Below are positions 62,119-64,000 of a stretch of 64,000 nucleotides of DNA, piece by piece. Location of the stretch: the NCBI GenBank assembly GCA_041300865.1, contig JBFYTF010000172.1:113754-177753 (forward strand), written 5' to 3'. Within the stretch, counting starts at the first letter, position 1. Each line of letters starts with the position of its first letter. Under the pieces are notes generated by a model. That model worked only from the letters and a program-made list of their open reading frames with translations, did no database searches and was not told the origin of the DNA. Source of the DNA: Anaerolineae bacterium. GTDB lineage: Bacteria; Chloroflexota; Anaerolineae; JAAYZQ01. The position numbers and the translations under genes were made by a program.

Positions 62119-63440
62119 TGCGACGGACGGTCACTATCACGGCCCTGCTGCTCCTGACCGGTGGACTGGGCCTGGTGGTCGGCGGCATACTCGTCCTGCA
62201 GCAAGGGACCGGATTGGCTGCGCTGTCGGGCACGCCGTCCGCCACGGCGTCGCCGCCACCGACGCTCACCGAGCAGATTCTGCCGCCACCGCCCACGGCG
62301 ACCCCGGCACCGGCCGGCCTGCAACCCTCGGAAGGCGGCGCTGGCACGCCCGTCTCCGCGTCCACGCTCCCACCGGCCGTTGCGCCGCCGTCGCCCGGGG
62401 AGAGCACTGCACCCCCGGCGCAGCCGTCCGCGGCCTCTGCGTCGGTGCTCAGCCCGACGGCGAGCCCGTCGCTATCGCCCACCTCTTCCCCCACCGCGCT
62501 GCCCAACACGCCCACGCCCTTGGCGCTCTACTCTCTGCGAGAACGCGTAGGCGTGGGCAGCGGGCTACGCCGCGTGACGCCCGAGCTTGTCAGCTTGTTG
62601 GGCTTTGGCTGGTACCTTGATTGGACCGTGCGCTCCGAGGGGTTGCGCGCGGCCGAGGTCAGTTACATGCCCATGATCCGCCTGCGCAATGGCCAGATCA
62701 CGCCCTCTGGCGACGCCCTGCTGGCGGCCGTGGATGCCCTGCCTGGAGCGCTGTGGCTCATCGGCAACGAGCCGGACGTGAAGTGGCAGGACGACGTCAC
62801 ACCCGAGGCCTACGCCCAGGCCTATCACGATCTCTATGCCCTCCTCAAGGCGCGAGATCCCACCTGCCAGGTGGCCATCGCCGGGGTCTCGCAGCCTACG
62901 CCTCTCCGCCTGCGCTACCTCGACCGGGTCTTACAGGCCTACCATCAGCGCTATGGTCACGAGATGCCGGTCGACGTCTGGAACGTGCACAATTTCGTGT
63001 TGCGCGAGGAGCGGGGCAGTTGGGGTGTGGACATTCCCCCCGGAATGGACGACGCTGCCGGGCGGCTGTATGACATCGACGACCACGACGACCTCGCCCT
63101 CTTTCGCCAACAGCTCGTCGACTTCCGCCGCTGGCTGAAGGAGCGCGGCCAGCAGGACAAACAGCTGATCGTCACCGAGTACGGCATTCTCATGCCCGGC
63201 GAGTACGGCTTTCCCCCCGAAGCCGTACGCCAGTTCATGCTCGACACCTTCGAGCTGATGCGCACGCTGGCGGACCCGGACCTGGGCCAGCCCGCTGACG
63301 GGGGCCGGCTGGTGCAGCGCTGGTGCTGGTTCAGCCTACAGGACGAGCGCTATCCTACCGGCGACCTTGTCCAGCCGGGCAGCGGGCAGCGCACGCTCCT
63401 CGGAGATGCCTTTGCGGGGTATACAACCTCTGAGCGGTGA
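62118..63440 (+). CDS. Anchored/secreted GH-A 'Glyco_hydro_cc'-like hydrolase, paralog of the N-domain of the 56473 protein
   Basis: It has an N-terminal TM/signal and a ~130-aa PT/S-rich linker. 'WLIGNEPD', 'LIVTEYG' and 'GGRLVQRWCWFSL' are colinear with 56473-57600. The ATG overlaps the upstream stop (TGATG). Confidence 0.75.
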   Translation: MRRTVTITALLLLTGGLGLVVGGILVLQQGTGLAALSGTPSATASPPPTLTEQILPPPPTATPAPAGLQPSEGGAGTPVSASTLPPAVAPPSPGESTAPPAQPSAASASVLSPTASPSLSPTSSPTALPNTPTPLALYSLRERVGVGSGLRRVTPELVSLLGFGWYLDWTVRSEGLRAAEVSYMPMIRLRNGQITPSGDALLAAVDALPGALWLIGNEPDVKWQDDVTPEAYAQAYHDLYALLKARDPTCQVAIAGVSQPTPLRLRYLDRVLQAYHQRYGHEMPVDVWNVHNFVLREERGSWGVDIPPGMDDAAGRLYDIDDHDDLALFRQQLVDFRRWLKERGQQDKQLIVTEYGILMPGEYGFPPEAVRQFMLDTFELMRTLADPDLGQPADGGRLVQRWCWFSLQDERYPTGDLVQPGSGQRTLLGDAFAGYTTSER

Positions 63441-63454
63441 AGGGGCAGACAATA

Positions 63455-63489
63455 GAAAAAAAGCTCCCATATGTGTGGGAGCTTTTTTG
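63455..63489. terminator. Bidirectional rho-independent terminator
   Basis: The sequence is AAAAAAA-GCTCCCA-loop-TGGGAGC-TTTTTT. It lies between the end of the + operon and the 3' end of the minus-strand tRNA-Gln. Confidence 0.85.
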
Positions 63490-63490
63490 T

Positions 63491-63564
63491 TGGCTGGGGG
63501 ACAGGGATTTGAACCCCGGTGCCGTGATCCAGAGTCACGTGTCCTGCCGCTAGACGATCCCCCA
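63491..63564 (-). tRNA. tRNA-Gln (anticodon CUG)
   Basis: I folded a 74-nt cloverleaf by hand: U1:A72, G2:C71, G3:C70, discriminator G73, anticodon loop CTCTGGA, T-loop TTCAAAT, encoded CCA. Confidence 0.85.
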
Positions 63565-63605
63565 CAGACGGCCGGGCGCTGTGACCCGGCTCCGACTGGA
63601 ACGAA

Positions 63606-63634
63606 ATATTAGCACAAAACGGCTCCGGTGACAA
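63606..63634 (-). promoter_or_regulatory. Sigma70-type promoter for tRNA-Gln
   Basis: The minus strand reads TTGTCA-17-TAATAT with TGTGC immediately upstream of the -10. Confidence 0.55.
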
Positions 63635-63693
63635 ATCCGGCCCCTCTTTAGACCGAGTGGCCGCCACCTGGCCGTTGAGGCATTACCCGGACC

Positions 63694-63999
63694 TCACTCG
63701 GCCTGCGCCTCGATCTTGGCCCAGGTATCCTTTAGGGACACCGTCTGATTAAAGACCAGGTGGCCCTCCTCCGAGTCGGGATCAGTGCTGAAATAACCCA
63801 GTCGCAGGAACTGGAAGTGGCTGGCCGGCTCGCTGCCGGCCAGGCTGGGCTCCACCTTGCTGCCAGGCAGGATCACCCGCGAGTTGGGGTTGATGTTCTT
63901 TTTCCAGTCCACCCCCTCCGGCACGTCCATGGGCGCCGGAACCGTGAAAAGCCGGTCGTACAGCCGCACCTCGGCGTCCAGGGCGTGCGCCGCCGACAC
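63694..63999 (-). CDS. glnS: Glutamine--tRNA ligase, C-terminal fragment (gene continues beyond window)
   Basis: 'FQFLRLGYFSTD...LVFNQTVSLKDTWAKI' matches the C-terminus of GlnRS (E. coli: FQFEREGYF...VFNRTVGLRDTWAKV, from memory). Confidence 0.8.
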   Translation of the reverse strand: MSAAHALDAEVRLYDRLFTVPAPMDVPEGVDWKKNINPNSRVILPGSKVEPSLAGSEPASHFQFLRLGYFSTDPDSEEGHLVFNQTVSLKDTWAKIEAQAE

Positions 64000-64000
64000 C

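Noticed and set aside
1-64000. CRISPR arrays, insertion sequences, integrases, prophage or defence-system genes.
   Set aside because: I saw no regularly spaced direct repeats. I saw no transposase, integrase or recombinase motifs. I saw no terminal inverted repeats flanking the low-GC segments. The tRNA genes are not followed by integrase-like ORFs.

Overview
This is a high-GC bacterial chromosomal window (about two-thirds G+C by eye). I found no rRNA, CRISPR array, transposase, integrase or phage genes. I call 43 protein genes, 1 probable pseudogene, 3 tRNAs, 2 intrinsic terminators and a set of near-consensus sigma70-type promoters.

The window has three parts.

(i) 1-19.3 kb is an envelope-glycan accessory region. 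It holds a minus-strand glycosyltransferase operon: a GT2 polyprenyl-P-sugar-synthase-like gene, two GT4 genes and one GT-C gene. It also holds three paralogous secreted clan-GH-A-like hydrolases, a GH78-like six-hairpin glycosidase, a 1041-aa polytopic membrane protein with a small bitopic partner, and a WbaP-type phosphoglycosyl transferase (PGT). Each unit has its own strong promoter. Two divergent gene pairs are driven by a duplicated ~130-bp bidirectional promoter cassette.

(ii) 19.3-28 kb is a housekeeping island: leuS, an alpha/beta hydrolase, two tRNA-Ala, an MBL hydrolase, a Ser/Thr kinase with a beta-propeller ectodomain, and a MazG/YabN-like protein.

(iii) 28.0-63.5 kb is one co-directional ~35-kb, 26-gene glycan-assembly operon.
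- It is headed by a specialised NusG (RfaH/UpxY/LoaP-like) paralog.
- It then encodes two SDR epimerases, an FkbM methyltransferase, Wzx, GT2 and GT4 enzymes, a Wzy-like protein, GT-C enzymes and AsnB.
- A pgl-like 4-amino-4,6-dideoxyhexose module follows, containing a GT4-PGT fusion.
- After it come a nucleotidyltransferase, a Wzz-BY-kinase, a Wzy_C ligase-family protein, a GH-CARDB-beta-propeller fusion, DUF4012, a Pro/Thr-rich anchored protein and another GH.
- The operon ends at a single strong terminator. tRNA-Gln(CUG) and the 3' end of glnS follow.

The most interesting hypotheses are:
- The operon supplies its own antitermination factor.
- The locus is, or includes, a protein O-glycosylation / surface-glycoprotein system with co-encoded Pro/Thr-rich substrates.
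- The promoter cassette was duplicated.
- Glycosidase genes are unusually numerous inside a biosynthetic locus.

All family assignments come from motif recognition by eye. No searches were run.
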